Shown piece after piece: positions 13,431 to 26,900 of a stretch of DNA of 64,000 bases. Position numbers and translations under genes: made by a program. The notes below the pieces were generated by a model. The model saw nothing but the letters and a program-made list of their open reading frames with translations, searched no databases and was not told the DNA's origin. Positions within the stretch are counted from its first letter, which is position 1; the number at the start of each line of letters is the position of its first letter. This stretch comes from Macrostomum lignano (Eukaryota): positions 186,001 to 250,000 of the forward strand of contig NIVC01000137.1 in assembly GCA_002269645.1 (NCBI GenBank). Direction: 5' to 3'.

Positions 13431-14153
13431 ATGCTATTACTGCTCCTGTTCCACCTGTGCAGCCAGCCTGTGTTGCTATGGCCTCAACCGTGCCCAGCTC
13501 CGTTCAAACTCGAGGCAGAAAAATGCCTGTTCGTGAGCACAGCTCAGAGTCACAGCTGGTGCGAGGCCAATCGGCAGTGCGCCGCGATCGGGGGCGAGCT
13601 GCTCAACTCGTACAGCTCGCTGCAGCTGCTGGCTAGCAACGAAATTTCGAGCACCAACTGCAACTGCAACCTGTGGATTGGAGTGAGCGACCTGTCGGAT
13701 GAAAGAGGCCACAGCAGGTCCGGCTGGCAGAGGGTTAATGGCAGAGGACAGCTTCCGGAGGACAATTCCTTGTTCAAGTCGGGTGAGCCGAGCGGAGACG
13801 ACTGCCTGCGACTGTCCGAAACCTCCGGCCGACTTGCCGACACATCGTGCAGCTTTTCTGCCGGGTTTGTCTGCGAGTTTTCTAGCGATACGAGCGTCCG
13901 AAAGGCGTCTGTCGCTATCTGGAGAGCCGCTGAGTTCAAGCGAGTGCAGTACAACTCCAAGTACTGCTTCGAAGACGTGACGGACGTGAGCAGCGCTGTC
14001 GAGTGCACAGCGGCCGCCATGCGGAATGAAAACTGCAGACACGTGCTGTACAACAGCAAGCTGAGAGCCTGCCGCCTGCTGCTGTTCACCGACGCTCAGG
14101 TGGAGGCGGAGATCGAGACGAGCGCCGACTGGGTCAAGTTGCGTCTCAACTAA
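13431..14153 (+). CDS. Secreted C-type lectin domain + PAN/Apple-like domain protein, single exon, 240 aa
   Basis: Hydrophobic N-terminus, CTLD cysteine pattern with WIG and EPS motifs, C-terminal C..C..C..YN...C pattern (CTAAAMRNENCRHVLYNSKLRACRL). Confidence 0.88.
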   Translation: MLLLLLFHLCSQPVLLWPQPCPAPFKLEAEKCLFVSTAQSHSWCEANRQCAAIGGELLNSYSSLQLLASNEISSTNCNCNLWIGVSDLSDERGHSRSGWQRVNGRGQLPEDNSLFKSGEPSGDDCLRLSETSGRLADTSCSFSAGFVCEFSSDTSVRKASVAIWRAAEFKRVQYNSKYCFEDVTDVSSAVECTAAAMRNENCRHVLYNSKLRACRLLLFTDAQVEAEIETSADWVKLRLN

Positions 14154-14956
14154 CTGAGTAGAAAATTTTCGGACAATGCGAGAAAAACATTGAAATTTGC
14201 ATGCAGCTCCAACATGAAAGTGCAGTTCCACGTTGGGGACATGAAAGTCGTTTGTAGGAACAGTGAGATGAGATCAGTTTTCGAAGTTTAGAGTAGGTAA
14301 ATACAAAAGGAAGTTTTTTTTTGCAGAAGTGCTTGTCAAAATATATTTATGGACTAAAAGAACGCCCGGTAGGTAATTGCTGTCATGCCCGAAATACCAG
14401 ACAAATACTTTCAAATTTCAAGCCTTTTTCTCTCCATTTTTATTGCTAATATTTAGTGATCAAACAAGCAACCTACAATGCAATCAGTTTTTAAAACCCA
14501 GCTAAAAATAGTACAGCGCACCCAATACACTACTTTACACGCTTCTTAAGTAGTGATCAGCTCGACACAATTACAACAGCAGAATCTAAAGCAACCAGTT
14601 AAAAGGGTAGTGTCCCTACTGCTAACTAATTGTCACACTGTCATATTGCTGCCTTACTAAACAAGAAAAAAATATAAAATCCTCAGAATTATTTTTTGAC
14701 TGCATCAGGCAATATTTCTTTTCATCCTTTTCAAGAACGAATTCGGCAACACCTCTGCATAGAAGAGACAAACCACTGAAAATGTTTTAATCCCAGCAGA
14801 TTCTTTTGCAAAACGAATAGAAATGCATGTTGGGGTTGGGGCTGCAATTCTAAAAATATTCAGCGGTGCTCACCCTTTGGCTCAAGCTTGTGTAGAGGAG
14901 TGCACTGCAAATGGGCTTGATTTTCACACTGCATAGGACTTGACAACCAAAGCCCT

Positions 14957-15402
14957 CAGTTGCTGAGCCAGCCTCTCAGACCCTCAGTTGCTGAGCCAGC
15001 CTCCCAGATCCTCAGTTGCTGGGCCAGCCTCCCAGATCCTCTGTTGCTGAGCCAGCCTCCCAGATCCTCAGTTGCTGAGCCATGCAGCCTCCCAGATCCT
15101 CAGTTGCTGAGCCAGCCTCCCAGATCCTCAGTTGCTGAGCCATGCAGCCTCCCAGATCCTCTGCAGTTGCTGGGCCAGCCTCCCAGATCCTCAGTTGCTG
15201 AGCCATGCAGCCTCCCAGAGTGTCAGTTGCTGTGCCAGCCTCCCAGAGTGTCAGTTGCTGGGCCAGCCTCCCAGAGTGTCAGTTGCTGGGCCAGCCTCCC
15301 AGAGTGTCAGTTGCTGGGCCAGCCTCCCAGAGTGTCAGTTGCTGGGCCAGCCTCCCAGAGTGTCAGTTGCTGGGCCAGCCTCCCAGAGTGTCAGTTGCTG
15401 TG
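14957..15402 (+). repeat. Second array of the 28-bp GTTGCTGGGCCAGCCTCCCAGA(TCC/GTG)TCA family
   Basis: Same unit as 6587-7130, with a GAGTG variant in the 3' half. Confidence 0.95.
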
Positions 15403-18400
15403 TCAGCGGGAAAACCTCGCTGCGGGAAAACTTCCCGCGGGAAATTATCATGTAGACTCATCTTTTGCCTTGTTTGAGTTTGAGCGGTTTGCGGAGGTGA
15501 GTTATGAGTCCTTTTTAATTTTCTGCTCCTTTGCTCAGGGACTTCTGCGATATAAATTTACCGGTAATTAATTTATATCGCAGAAGCCCCTGCTTTGCTG
15601 CGCACCCGCCGGTCTAGCCCCTCGGTTGCTATGCTACATGTATTTACCATTGCCATTTTGCCTTGCCTTGTATTTAGAATTGGATGGTGGCTGTTACATG
15701 TACATGTATATTGTTATCAGGACATGTTTCCCAACTGACCTGACCTTCTATCGTTTCATTTGTTTGAGTTATCTTTTTCGATATAAATTCGATTGCTGTG
15801 TTACGATTTCAGAATTATTCTGTTTTTTAGGCCATGTAATGGTATAAAGTTCACTTAAATTTCACTTTTGAGGAAAATTTAATCGCACCGAGGATTACCG
15901 GCTCAGAATTATAGAATTAAACAACCTTAAATTATCAATCGTGCTTTACGCAGTGATCAACCTGAACTGATGGTGCTCAAGGCCGAGCTTAATGAGAAGA
16001 GCGAATCAAATCTGAAATTTCCATACCCATATAGTAGACATTTGACAAGTGAGGACAAGTGAGGACCCGGACAAGAGACAGGAGCTAGGCGCTTCCAAGA
16101 GACAGGAGGCGCTCCCAAGTGACAGGAGGCGGTTCCAAGAGATAGGAGGCGCCCACTCAGTAAAAAAGAACGCCCACCAATTGAGACAGAAGCGCCCCAC
16201 CAAGAGACAGGTCGAGGTCGATCCGCGAGTGCCCACCGCAAGAGAGAAGGGGTGCAGCCATCCTAGACATCATTTATACAATTGGCGCCCCTTTAGGATT
16301 GCTGCGGCATTAATTATTACATGTACCATTACATGCTTTGCCTCATTGTTTTAAATGCCAGAATGTAATAGCGTACGTACATGCATACATGTAATTAAAA
16401 CTTTTTTTCCCGCGACTGTGGAATTAAGAAAAATATCTAGCAGAAACTACATAAATCGCCCCTTGGTAGAAAGGCGCGTCGCTATAAGAGCGACTCGATC
16501 ATGACGACATAAGTCGAGTTGCTTCGATTGAAAATTCAAGACTTACAATCTACTACATGGGTTCGGGCTCCTGATCTGTATCTGTGCATGTGAATAGGTG
16601 ACATGTACTTGCCCACTTTACATGCCAAATACATGACATGGGCTTTAGCCCTTAAAAACTTGTTATATTGAGACCCAGATAATAGCTTGCGCATGGAGCA
16701 TTTTTGAATATTGGATATTGCTGCGCAAAATGTTCACTGGAACTCATTCCCGTATTAAAAGTAAAATAAAATGATTGCAGGTAAGACGCTGTTGGTAAAA
16801 ATAATGAAATAAATAACTATTTCACGATCATTCCTATTATAAATGATGATTTTTTAATTGTTTTAAACAAGAGTTATTTACTTAAAAAGTCTCTCTCCAC
16901 TGAATTGGTTCGCATCAACGCCACCTTGCACTAAGCGCGTTCTTCCACCTGTCATTCTTAGAAAGAAGACACTCCCCCGCGCCACACCCACCCACGCAAC
17001 GACGTAGGCCCACACCTATACACTTCCTATCTTTTGGTCTGAGACTGATAGTGATTGCGTTTACTTGCGGGTGCAACTGCTACAGAATAAAACACTACAA
17101 CTAAGGTGACCACGTTATCGCTAAGTTTTATTTCCTGCTGCTCAATAATTTCTCAATTTCTCAATAATCTCAAAATGTCAATAGGGGCCTAACTAGGAAA
17201 TAATAATATAGAACTTAGAACTAGGCCTACTTAAACACTAACACTAACTGGATCACGTTTCAAGAAAATACTGGCCTATTTATGCCATAAAAAGTAGGCC
17301 TATTTATGAAGAAAGTGTTTGTGTTCTTAATTTAGTATTGTATTTACCAAATTTTGGATAGACCAAAAGTAAAAGCAGGCAGGTCAAGATCATTTGACAT
17401 TAGGCCCTATGATTAGGCTCTAGCTTAACTAGGCCTATATATAATTAAAAATAACCTTCTGTCAAATAAATTAAATGTATTTTTTCTATATTTAAGCTTT
17501 AGCAATAGGCCCAATAGGGCCTAACAATTAATTTATTAATTCAAACTGGAAAAACATTGCTGGTCAATGGTCAATGTCTATACGTCTAGTAGGCCTAGGC
17601 ATAGTCCAAATAAACTTACAATTATTATTAGGGCCTACTAATTAGAGTTAGACTATTAGTCTAACTATACTATAGCACACAATGTCAATTTTATATTCAT
17701 TTTGATAACCTTAGGTTATGAACTTGACCTTTTTAGACTTAAAAAGACTGATAACTAGGCCTTTTCTATAAAGCTAGGGCTAGGCCTATTTAATATTTTA
17801 AAACTCATTAACTAGGCCTTTAAGTCTAATATTTGAGTTTATTAAGTCTAAATTAGATTTTATTAGATTTATTAAGTCTAAATTTGAGTTTTGCCATAGC
17901 CAATTTTTTATGCTTATATCTATCTGTAACTATAATGACCTAAGTGTAATATAAGTATTAAAATTACTTAGGCCTGTGACATTGTCAGTTTCAGTAGCCC
18001 TGCCAAGGGCTGTTTTAACATATGGTAGGGGGCCTACCAATCTTTAATATTGCCAGTTTTGTATTCTCACATCTGCTTAAAGTAGTGCCCTAAGAATTTT
18101 AATCAACTGCGTATAATTGTAAACTCTATGTATAGTGCGCAATCAATAATTTCTATTCCTGTTTTTCTCAGTCGGCCAATAGAAATGCACTGCATTAATT
18201 ATATTAATTTCTCGTATGCCACCCCCCAGCCCAGTCCTTATCAGTTCTGTCTGGCCATGCGCTCGGGGCCTTTTTTACTTTGCCTTTGCCTTTTGCTCCT
18301 CCTGTTTGCTCTTTGCCTTTAGCTCCTTTGGGGCCTTTGCCTGTTTAGGCTTCATTAGCCTCTTGTACCCTTGCGAGCCTGTGTAGCTTGTAGGCTCTGA

Positions 18401-20913
18401 CTGCCTTTACTTGGTCACTTGCCTTCTCTCCGCCACGGTTCTAGTCACACCTCTGCCACTCCCAGCCATGCTACTTCTATTAATTAAGCTAATCACTTAT
18501 TGTTGTGTAGCCACCAGTGCATTGTTAATCAAAGTACAAGACGTAACAATAAACTAAACCTGCAGCCAACATTTGTAATACGCTAATCAAAATTACTGCC
18601 AAGTGCTACCGCTACAATCCCACCTCTGCCACACTCATTTGTCTTCGCTCGTTTGCTAGGCTGCCACACCAATATCATCACAAGGCCTAACATAAGAGAA
18701 CTTTCTAGAATTCAATTTGCATTCTATAAAAAATTTCTAGAAAAAAACAAGTCATACTGTATCAAACTTTTATAAAGGTCACTACATAGGCCTAACCATA
18801 TCTTGATTTTTTCCTATAATATATCTATACCTATATCCCTATTAATATATCTATAATATATCTACTTTCTTGCTAGGCATATATTTGCAATATGCCACCT
18901 GCTAGCAACACTTGGCAAGAATGCTATAGATAGGGCACTGGGACTTTTTGCTATTGGCTATTATAGGCCTAGTTGCAAGAATGCATTAATGCAGTTTTGA
19001 ATGGTATTATAAAGATGGTGCAGAATGTATCTATGATATTCAATGTCTAATGTCTATCAACTTGATCATTATTTTCCCTTTTCCCTTCTTATTTCTTTTC
19101 CTTTTCTTCTCTAATTGCTCTTCTTTGTCCATTCTCCCTTTTCTCCTTTTCTCTCTCTTCTTTTCCTTCTCTCCTCTTATATATGTTCTTGTAATGTTTC
19201 AGTAGTAACAATTTCCAATGCTTACCAAAATCTGTAAAAAAATAGCCTGCTAATCAGTTGGTTCCCAAGAAGATTGGGCAGCAAAAGGCTTTTGAATTTT
19301 TTTGTAGTTTAACCTTCTTTGATGGTGGCAAATACTAGGTAGCTTTTTTATTTGCCTAATTTATCTTAACTTGAGTCTTTACTATCTTAACTATAATGTG
19401 AATTTAGTTTCAAACATCTATGTTGCTTGAGTCTCTAAGTTATTGAGTGGCCTCAATATAAGAACTAGATATGGGAAATATTTGTTCCTATAACCATATC
19501 TCTATCTATATGTTCTGTCTAAAACTTCCATATCTATATGCTTCCATAGCCATATTCATAACTATGGAAGAACTCTATTCAAAATGAAAAGAACAATAGA
19601 AACAAAAAAAGATAGAAGATAAAAGAGGAACAAAGAAAACAACATTGGGAAATCATAGCTATTTCACATTTCACATAAAATTATTGTAAAAATAGGCACA
19701 TTTTCAGAATTATTCATATCAATATATACCATTCTATACACCAATCAAATAAATTTGTATATATATTGATTATAAAATTTCTATTTTCAGACTTTGTGAT
19801 CTATATATTCTATTTAATCAGCGTGAGCTTGAAATCTCTGCACTTTGGAAAATGTAAGTTATTGATTAATTGGTTGCTTTTTAAAGGTTACTATCTGACA
19901 TGCATTTCAGCTAGCAAAATATTTATAGTAGATAAAAAATTGCACTTTAAATAATCTTAGTTATAAATTTACAATGCAATCACTAATGCAAACTATTAGA
20001 TTGAAATTAACAAATTAATTTAAATAAAATTTTTTATCATTATTTGCTTTGCCACCTGATTATTTTCAGCTATACTGACTCAGCAATCACTATTCTATAT
20101 AATATATTCCCCCTAAGTAATTGAAGTGAGTATTAATCATGTTTAGTGCCTATCTTTGGGAAATCAGTTGTTTCCTCTGACCTGGTGCCTTGGTACAGTT
20201 AGGGTCAGGGTAATTTCTCTATGAAATTAGTGTTTTTAATTAAATACTTTGTCAAATATGCATTCAAATATGGCCCAGAATTTCTAATTAGTGCAGGCAT
20301 GTGAACACTATGCCTTGGGGGTTGGTCCTCAGGAGTGTAAATTGCACAGTGACCCCAAAATCGAAGAAGCCCCCAATACTCCAGCAGCTCATATATCAGA
20401 TTATAGTTAATTTATTAAATAATTAAGCTAAAAGTTGGTCTGAATATAACAAGTGTGTCTGTGTGTGTTTGTGTGCCCTAACACAGTACTAAATGTCTGT
20501 GCCACAACGCAGTATTAATTTCTCACGAGCTTACTTGTATTTTCGTCTGCAACATAATACCAGTCCTGAAAGGGCAACGAATCAGTGAACTGCCTAATAG
20601 TTCGTTTGCGTGTGTGTCTACTGCAAAATATTTTTTGTTAGCAGGTTAAAGACATTGCCCAGTGTCTTACAGTAATCTACAACAGTTTGTCTGCACTAAG
20701 TAACTCGCAGTTATTGATCGTCTGTCTGTCTGTTCCGATTATTAAGTATTTTGTATGAGCAGCTTAGTGCCTATGCGCAGTGTCGCATTAACTTAAATTT
20801 CGAAGTGCAGTGAAGCATTGTGTCAGCTTCATTTTTAATCCAACTACAACTATAGCAGTTTTGTAATTAAAATTATTGTTTACATAATGATTTTCAGGAA
20901 GAACTACAACGGT

Positions 20914-23900
20914 ATGGAAGTGCTGGAAACGCACAAGAAAACTCCCGAGCTGCCAGAAAAGGTGAGATTAAAAATATCTTGATGATGCTGTTAATTTTGT
21001 CTATGGCATCAGTTTCCTATAATACAAGCTGTCTATGACACACCAGTTCCCTATATGACACAAGCTGTCTATGACACATCAGTTCCCTATATGACACAAG
21101 CTGTCTATGACACACCAGTTCCCTATATGACACAAGCTGTCTATGACACACCAGTTCCCTATATGACACAAGCTGTCTATGACACACCAGTTCCCTATAT
21201 GACACAAGCTGTCTATGACACACCAGTTCCCTATATGACACAAGCTGTCTATGACACATCAGTTCCCTATATGACACAAGCTGTCTATGACACACCAGTT
21301 CCCTATATGACACAAGCTGTCTATGACACACCAGTTCCCTATATGACACAAGCTGTCTATGACACACCAGTTCCCTATATGACACAAGCTGTCTATGACA
21401 CATCAGTTCCCTATATGACACAAGCTAGTTGGTTACTAACTAATTTTTGTTACAACTTACTGTTTATACAAACTAAATGAACTATATCATGTGACTAAGT
21501 CTGTGTTAACGCAGAGTTTAATGGTTTGTGGGCGAGTTGTAGGTTATTTTAACGTCCTTGTTTGTCAATTAGTTGGGTAGGTACTACGTGTAAATGAAGT
21601 TTATCTAAGTCGGAATTTTCTTAAAAATAGACTCCTCTATCAAGCTGAGGTCAATATCGGCAGTTAAAATAGGTTTTAGACCTTTGCACCCACTCAAGAT
21701 AAGAGTTTGAATTTTATTATTGGTCATACATTGACAGACATCATAAAAATGAGTCTAAAGTCTAAAGATTGTTTCATTGTACGTGTGTGATTACCTTGCC
21801 TTTTCCAGGCTGATAAACAAACCTGTTACTGGGTTCTTTTTAGAACGCGAAGTCACTTACATAGTCTATCTATTGTCAGTTTTACGTTTTACGTACATTT
21901 TGCCACTTAATGATTCGAGATCTTGTCACTCGAGGATTCGAGATCTTGTCACTCTAGGATTCGGGATCTTGTCACTCAAGGATTCGGGATCTTGTCACTC
22001 TAGGATTCGGGATCTTGTTACTCGAGGATTCGGGATCTTGTTACTCGAGGATTCGGGATCTTGTCACTCTAGGATTCGAGATCTTGTCACTCTAGGATTC
22101 GGGATCTTGTTACTCGAGGATTCGGGATCTTGTCACTCTAGGATTCGAGATCTTGTCACTCTAGGATTCGGGATCTTGTCACTCAAGGATTCGGGATCTT
22201 GTTACTCGAGGATTCGGGATCTTGTTACTCGAGGATTCGAGATCCTGTCACTCGAGGATTCGGGATCTTGTCACTCTAGGATTCGGGATCTTGTTACTCG
22301 AGGATTCGGGATCTTGTCACTCTAGGATTCGAGATCTTGTCACTCAAGACTTTAGGATCTTGTCACTCAAGACTTTAGGATCTTGTCACTCAAGACTTTA
22401 GGATCTTGTCACTCAGACTGGCTCAGTTATTCGGGATCTTTTGTCGCTCACTTAATGAATACCTGTCCAACCCGCACAGGCCCGCTCCATCATAGCCAGC
22501 CTCAGTCTGAGCACAGACGATTACGAAGCCATCGGCGACCTGATGGCGTCAAGTTTCGAAGCGGGACTCAAAGCCTCGGGCGGGCCGAAGCCGGCCGTGA
22601 AAATGCTCTGTTCCTACGTGACCAAACTACCGTCTGGTAGCGAGGCTGGCGACTACCTGGCGCTAGATTTGGGTGGCACAAATTATCGCGTGCTGCTGGT
22701 CCGACTGCGTGGCAGCGACCAGGAGCCGGAGATACTCGAAGACGTGTACGCCGTTCCGCAGGTGCGAACTCACAAATTAGCTAGTCATGCATGTCTACTT
22801 TCAGTAGCTTACAATTTAGAGGTTCTATTAATTTTAGCTACTATATTTATTTTCAGTGTTTATTTCTAGAATGTTTTCATTGCTACTTAAAGTAGCATAA
22901 ATAGACACTCAACCCAATTTTATACCAAAATCTCAGGAGCTGATGCTCGGCGATGGTGCCGCTCTGTTTACCTTCATTGCTGGAACTCTTCGGGATTTTT
23001 TGCAAGCTAATCAACTGTCTGCCGAACCTGATGGCGAGCGATTGAAGCTGGGCTTCACCTTCTCCTTTCCTGTTGAACAGCACGGGCTGAGCAGCGGCAG
23101 TTTGATTATGTGGACTAAAGGCTTTGCGGCTAAGGGGGTTGTGGGCCGAGATGTCTGCAAGCTGCTGCAGGTGAGCGAAACCAATTTTGTAGAAGATTTA
23201 AGCTTAATCAGGATCAGAATCGGGATCAACAGGGTCAGAATCGGGATCAACAGGATCAGAATCGGGATCAACAGAGTCAGAATCGGGATTAACAGGATCA
23301 GAATCGGGATCAACAGGATCAGAATCGGGATCAACAGGATCAGAATCGGGATCAACAGGATCAGAATCGGGATCAACAGGATCAGAATCGGGATCAACAG
23401 GATCAGAATCGGGATCAACAGGATCAGAATCGGGATCAACAGGATCAGAATCGGGATCAACAGGATCAGAATCGGGATCAACAGGGTCAGAATCGGGATC
23501 AACAGGATCAGAATCGGGATCAACAGGGTCAGAATCGGGATCAACAGGATCAGAATCGGGATTAACAGGATCAGAATCGGGATCAACAGGATCATAATCG
23601 GGATCAACAGGATCATAATCGGGATCAACAGGGCCAGAATCGGGATCAACAGGGTCAGAATCAGGATCAACAGGATCAGAATCGGGATTAACAGGATCAG
23701 AATCGGGATCAACAGGATCATAATCGGGATCAACAGGGTCAGAATCGGGATCAACAGGGTCATAATCGGGATCAACAGGGTCAGAATCGGGATCAACAGG
23801 ATCAGAATCGGGATTAACAGGGTCAGAATCGGGATCAACAGGATCAGAATCGGGATTAACAGGATCAGAATCGGGATCAACAGGATCATAATCGGGATCA

Positions 23901-26900
23901 ACAGGATCATAATCGGGATCAACAGGGCCAGAATCGGGATCAACAGGGTCAGAATCAGGATCAACAGGATCAGAATCGGGATTAACAGGATCAGAATCGG
24001 GATCAACAGGATCATAATCGGGATCAACAGGGTCAGAATCGGGATCAACATGGTCTGAACTGGGATCTCGATTACTAGTAAACATTGAGTTAAATCCGGC
24101 AAACTTTCCAGGAAGCCATCGACAAGGCAGCTTTGCCGATCGTCTGCGTCGCTCTGGTCAACGACACGGTCGGCACGCTGGCCTCCTGCGCCCTGGAAGA
24201 TCCTCGCTGCCAAATTGCAGCCATCGTTGGCACGGGCTCCAATGCCGCCTACGTTGAGAGACGCTCGGCTATGGAGCGGTACTCGGACAGTCTGGCCGGG
24301 GTGTCCGACGGCGGCCCGGACGGTCCGGTGGTTGTCAACACAGAGTGGGGCAACTTCGGAGTCGACGGCTGCTTGGACCGGTTCCAAACCGATTTTGATA
24401 GGGAGATCGATAAGAAGAGTCTTAATCCGGGGTTTCAGGTGCGTGTAGTTTGGGATTCCACTGCGGGGATTTGGTATGTACCCATTTAACCTTTTCGCTG
24501 TACGGGATTCTGCTGTGGGGATGTGGGATTCTGCTGTAGGGGTGTGGGATTCTGCTGTAGGGATGTGGGATTCTACTGTAGGGATGTGGGATTCTACTGT
24601 AGGGATGTGGGATTCTGCTGTAGGGATGTGGGATTCTACTGTAGGGATGTGGGATTCTGCTGTAGGGATGTGGGATTCTGCTGTAGGGATGTGGGATTCT
24701 ACTGTAGGGATGTGGGATTCTACTGTAGGGATGTGGGATTCTGCTGTAGGGATGTGGGATTCTACTGTAGGGATGTGGGATTCTGCTGTAGGGATGTGGG
24801 ATTCTGCTGTAGGGATGTGGGATTCTACCGTAGGGATGTGGGATTCTGCTTTAGGGATGTGGGATTCTACCGTAGGGATGTGGGATTCTGCTTTAGGGAT
24901 GTGGGATTCTGCTTTAGGGATGTGGGATTCTACTGTAGGGATGTGGGATTCTGCTGTAGGGATGTGGGATTCTACTGTAGGGATGTGGGATTCTGCTGTA
25001 GGGATGTGGGATTCTGCTTTAGGGATGTGGGATTCTGCTTTAGGGATGTGGGATTCTGCTGTAGGGATGTGGGATTCTACCGTAGGGATGTGGGATTCTG
25101 CTCTAGGGATGTGGGATTCTGCTTTAGGGATGTGGGATTCTGCTGTAGGGATGTGGGATTCTACCGTAGGGATGTGGGATTCTGCTTTAGGGATGTGGGA
25201 TTCTGCTTTAGGGATGTGGGATTCTGCTGTAGGGATGTGGGATTCTACCGTAGGGATGTGGGATTCTATTGTAGGGGTGTGGGATTCTACTGTAGGGATG
25301 TGGGATTCTACCGTAGGGATGTGGGATTCTACTGTGGGGATGTGGGATTCTACTGTTGGGATGTGAGATTCTGCTGTAGGGATGTGGGATTCTACTGTAG
25401 GGATGTGGGATTCTGATGTTGGGATATGGGATTCTGCTGTGGGGATGTGGGATTCTGCTGTAGGGATGTGGGATTCTGCTGTAGGGATGTGGGATTCTAC
25501 CGTAGGGATGTGGGATTCTACCGTAGGGATGTGGGATTCTATTGTAGGGGTGTGGGATTCTACTGTAGGGATGTGGGATTCTGCTGTAGGGATGTGGGAT
25601 TCTACCGTAGGGATGTGGGATTCTGCTTTAGGGATGTGGGATTCTGCTTTAGGGATGTGGGATTCTGCTGTAGGGATGTGGGATTCTACCGTAGGGATGT
25701 GGGATTCTATTGTAGGGGTGTGGGATTCTACTGTAGGGATGTGGGATTCTACCGTAGGGATGTGGGATTCTGCTTTAGGGATGTGGGATTCTGCTTTAGG
25801 GATGTGGGATTCTGCTTTAGGGATGTGGGATTCTACTGTAGGGATGTGGGATTCTGCTGTAGGGATGTGGGATTCTACTGTAGGGATGTGGGATTCTGCT
25901 GTAGGGATGTGGGATTCTGCTTTAGGGATGTGGGATTCTGCTTTAGGGATGTGGGATTCTGCTGTAGGGATGTGGGATTCTACCGTAGGGATGTGGGATT
26001 CTGCTTTAGGGATGTGGGATTCTGCTTTAGGGATGTGGGATTCTGCTGTAGGGATGTGGGATTCTACCGTAGGGATGTGGGATTCTGCTTTAGGGATGTG
26101 GGATTCTGCTTTAGGGATGTGGGATTCTGCTGTAGGGATGTGGGATTCTACCGTAGGGATGTGGGATTCTATTGTAGGGGTGTGGGATTCTACTGTAGGG
26201 ATGTGGGATTCTACCGTAGGGATGTGGGATTCTACTGTGGGGATGTGGGATTCTACTGTTGGGATGTGGGATTCTGCTGTAGGGATGTGGGATTCTACTG
26301 TAGGGATGTGGGATTCTGATGTTGGGATATGGGATTCTGCTGTGGGGATGTGGGATTCTGCTGTAGGGATGTGGGATTCTGCTGTAGGGATGTGGGATTC
26401 TACCGTAGGGATGTGGGATTCTACCGTAGGGATGTGGGATTCTATTGTAGGGGTGTGGGATTCTACTGTAGGGATGTGGGATTCTGCTGTAGGGATGTGG
26501 GATTCTACCGTAGGGATGTGGGATTCTGCTTTAGGGATGTGGGATTCTGCTTTAGGGATGTGGGATTCTGCTGTAGGGATGTGGGATTCTACCGTAGGGA
26601 TGTGGGATTCTATTGTAGGGGTGTGGGATTCTACTGTAGGGATGTGGGATTCTACCGTAGGGATGTGGGATTCTGCTTTAGGGATGTGGGATTCTGCTTT
26701 AGGGATGTGGGATTCTACTGTGGAGATGTGAGTTTCTACTTTCCAAATTTGTATTTATGTTACTTAATAAGCCTGTTCGAACCCCCCATTCCTTTCCAAC
26801 CCAGGTGTTCGAGAAGCTCATCAGCGGCATGTACCTTGGCGAAATAGTTCGCTTAGCTATCAAATCCCTAGTGGATGATGGCATCATATTTGGCGGCCGC

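Noticed and set aside
18100-18690. Possible retroelement PBS (TGGTGTGGCAGC, minus strand) and Lys/Gly-rich gag-like stretch
   Set aside because: No LTR pair, no CA before the TGG, interrupted frames, and no pol motifs.
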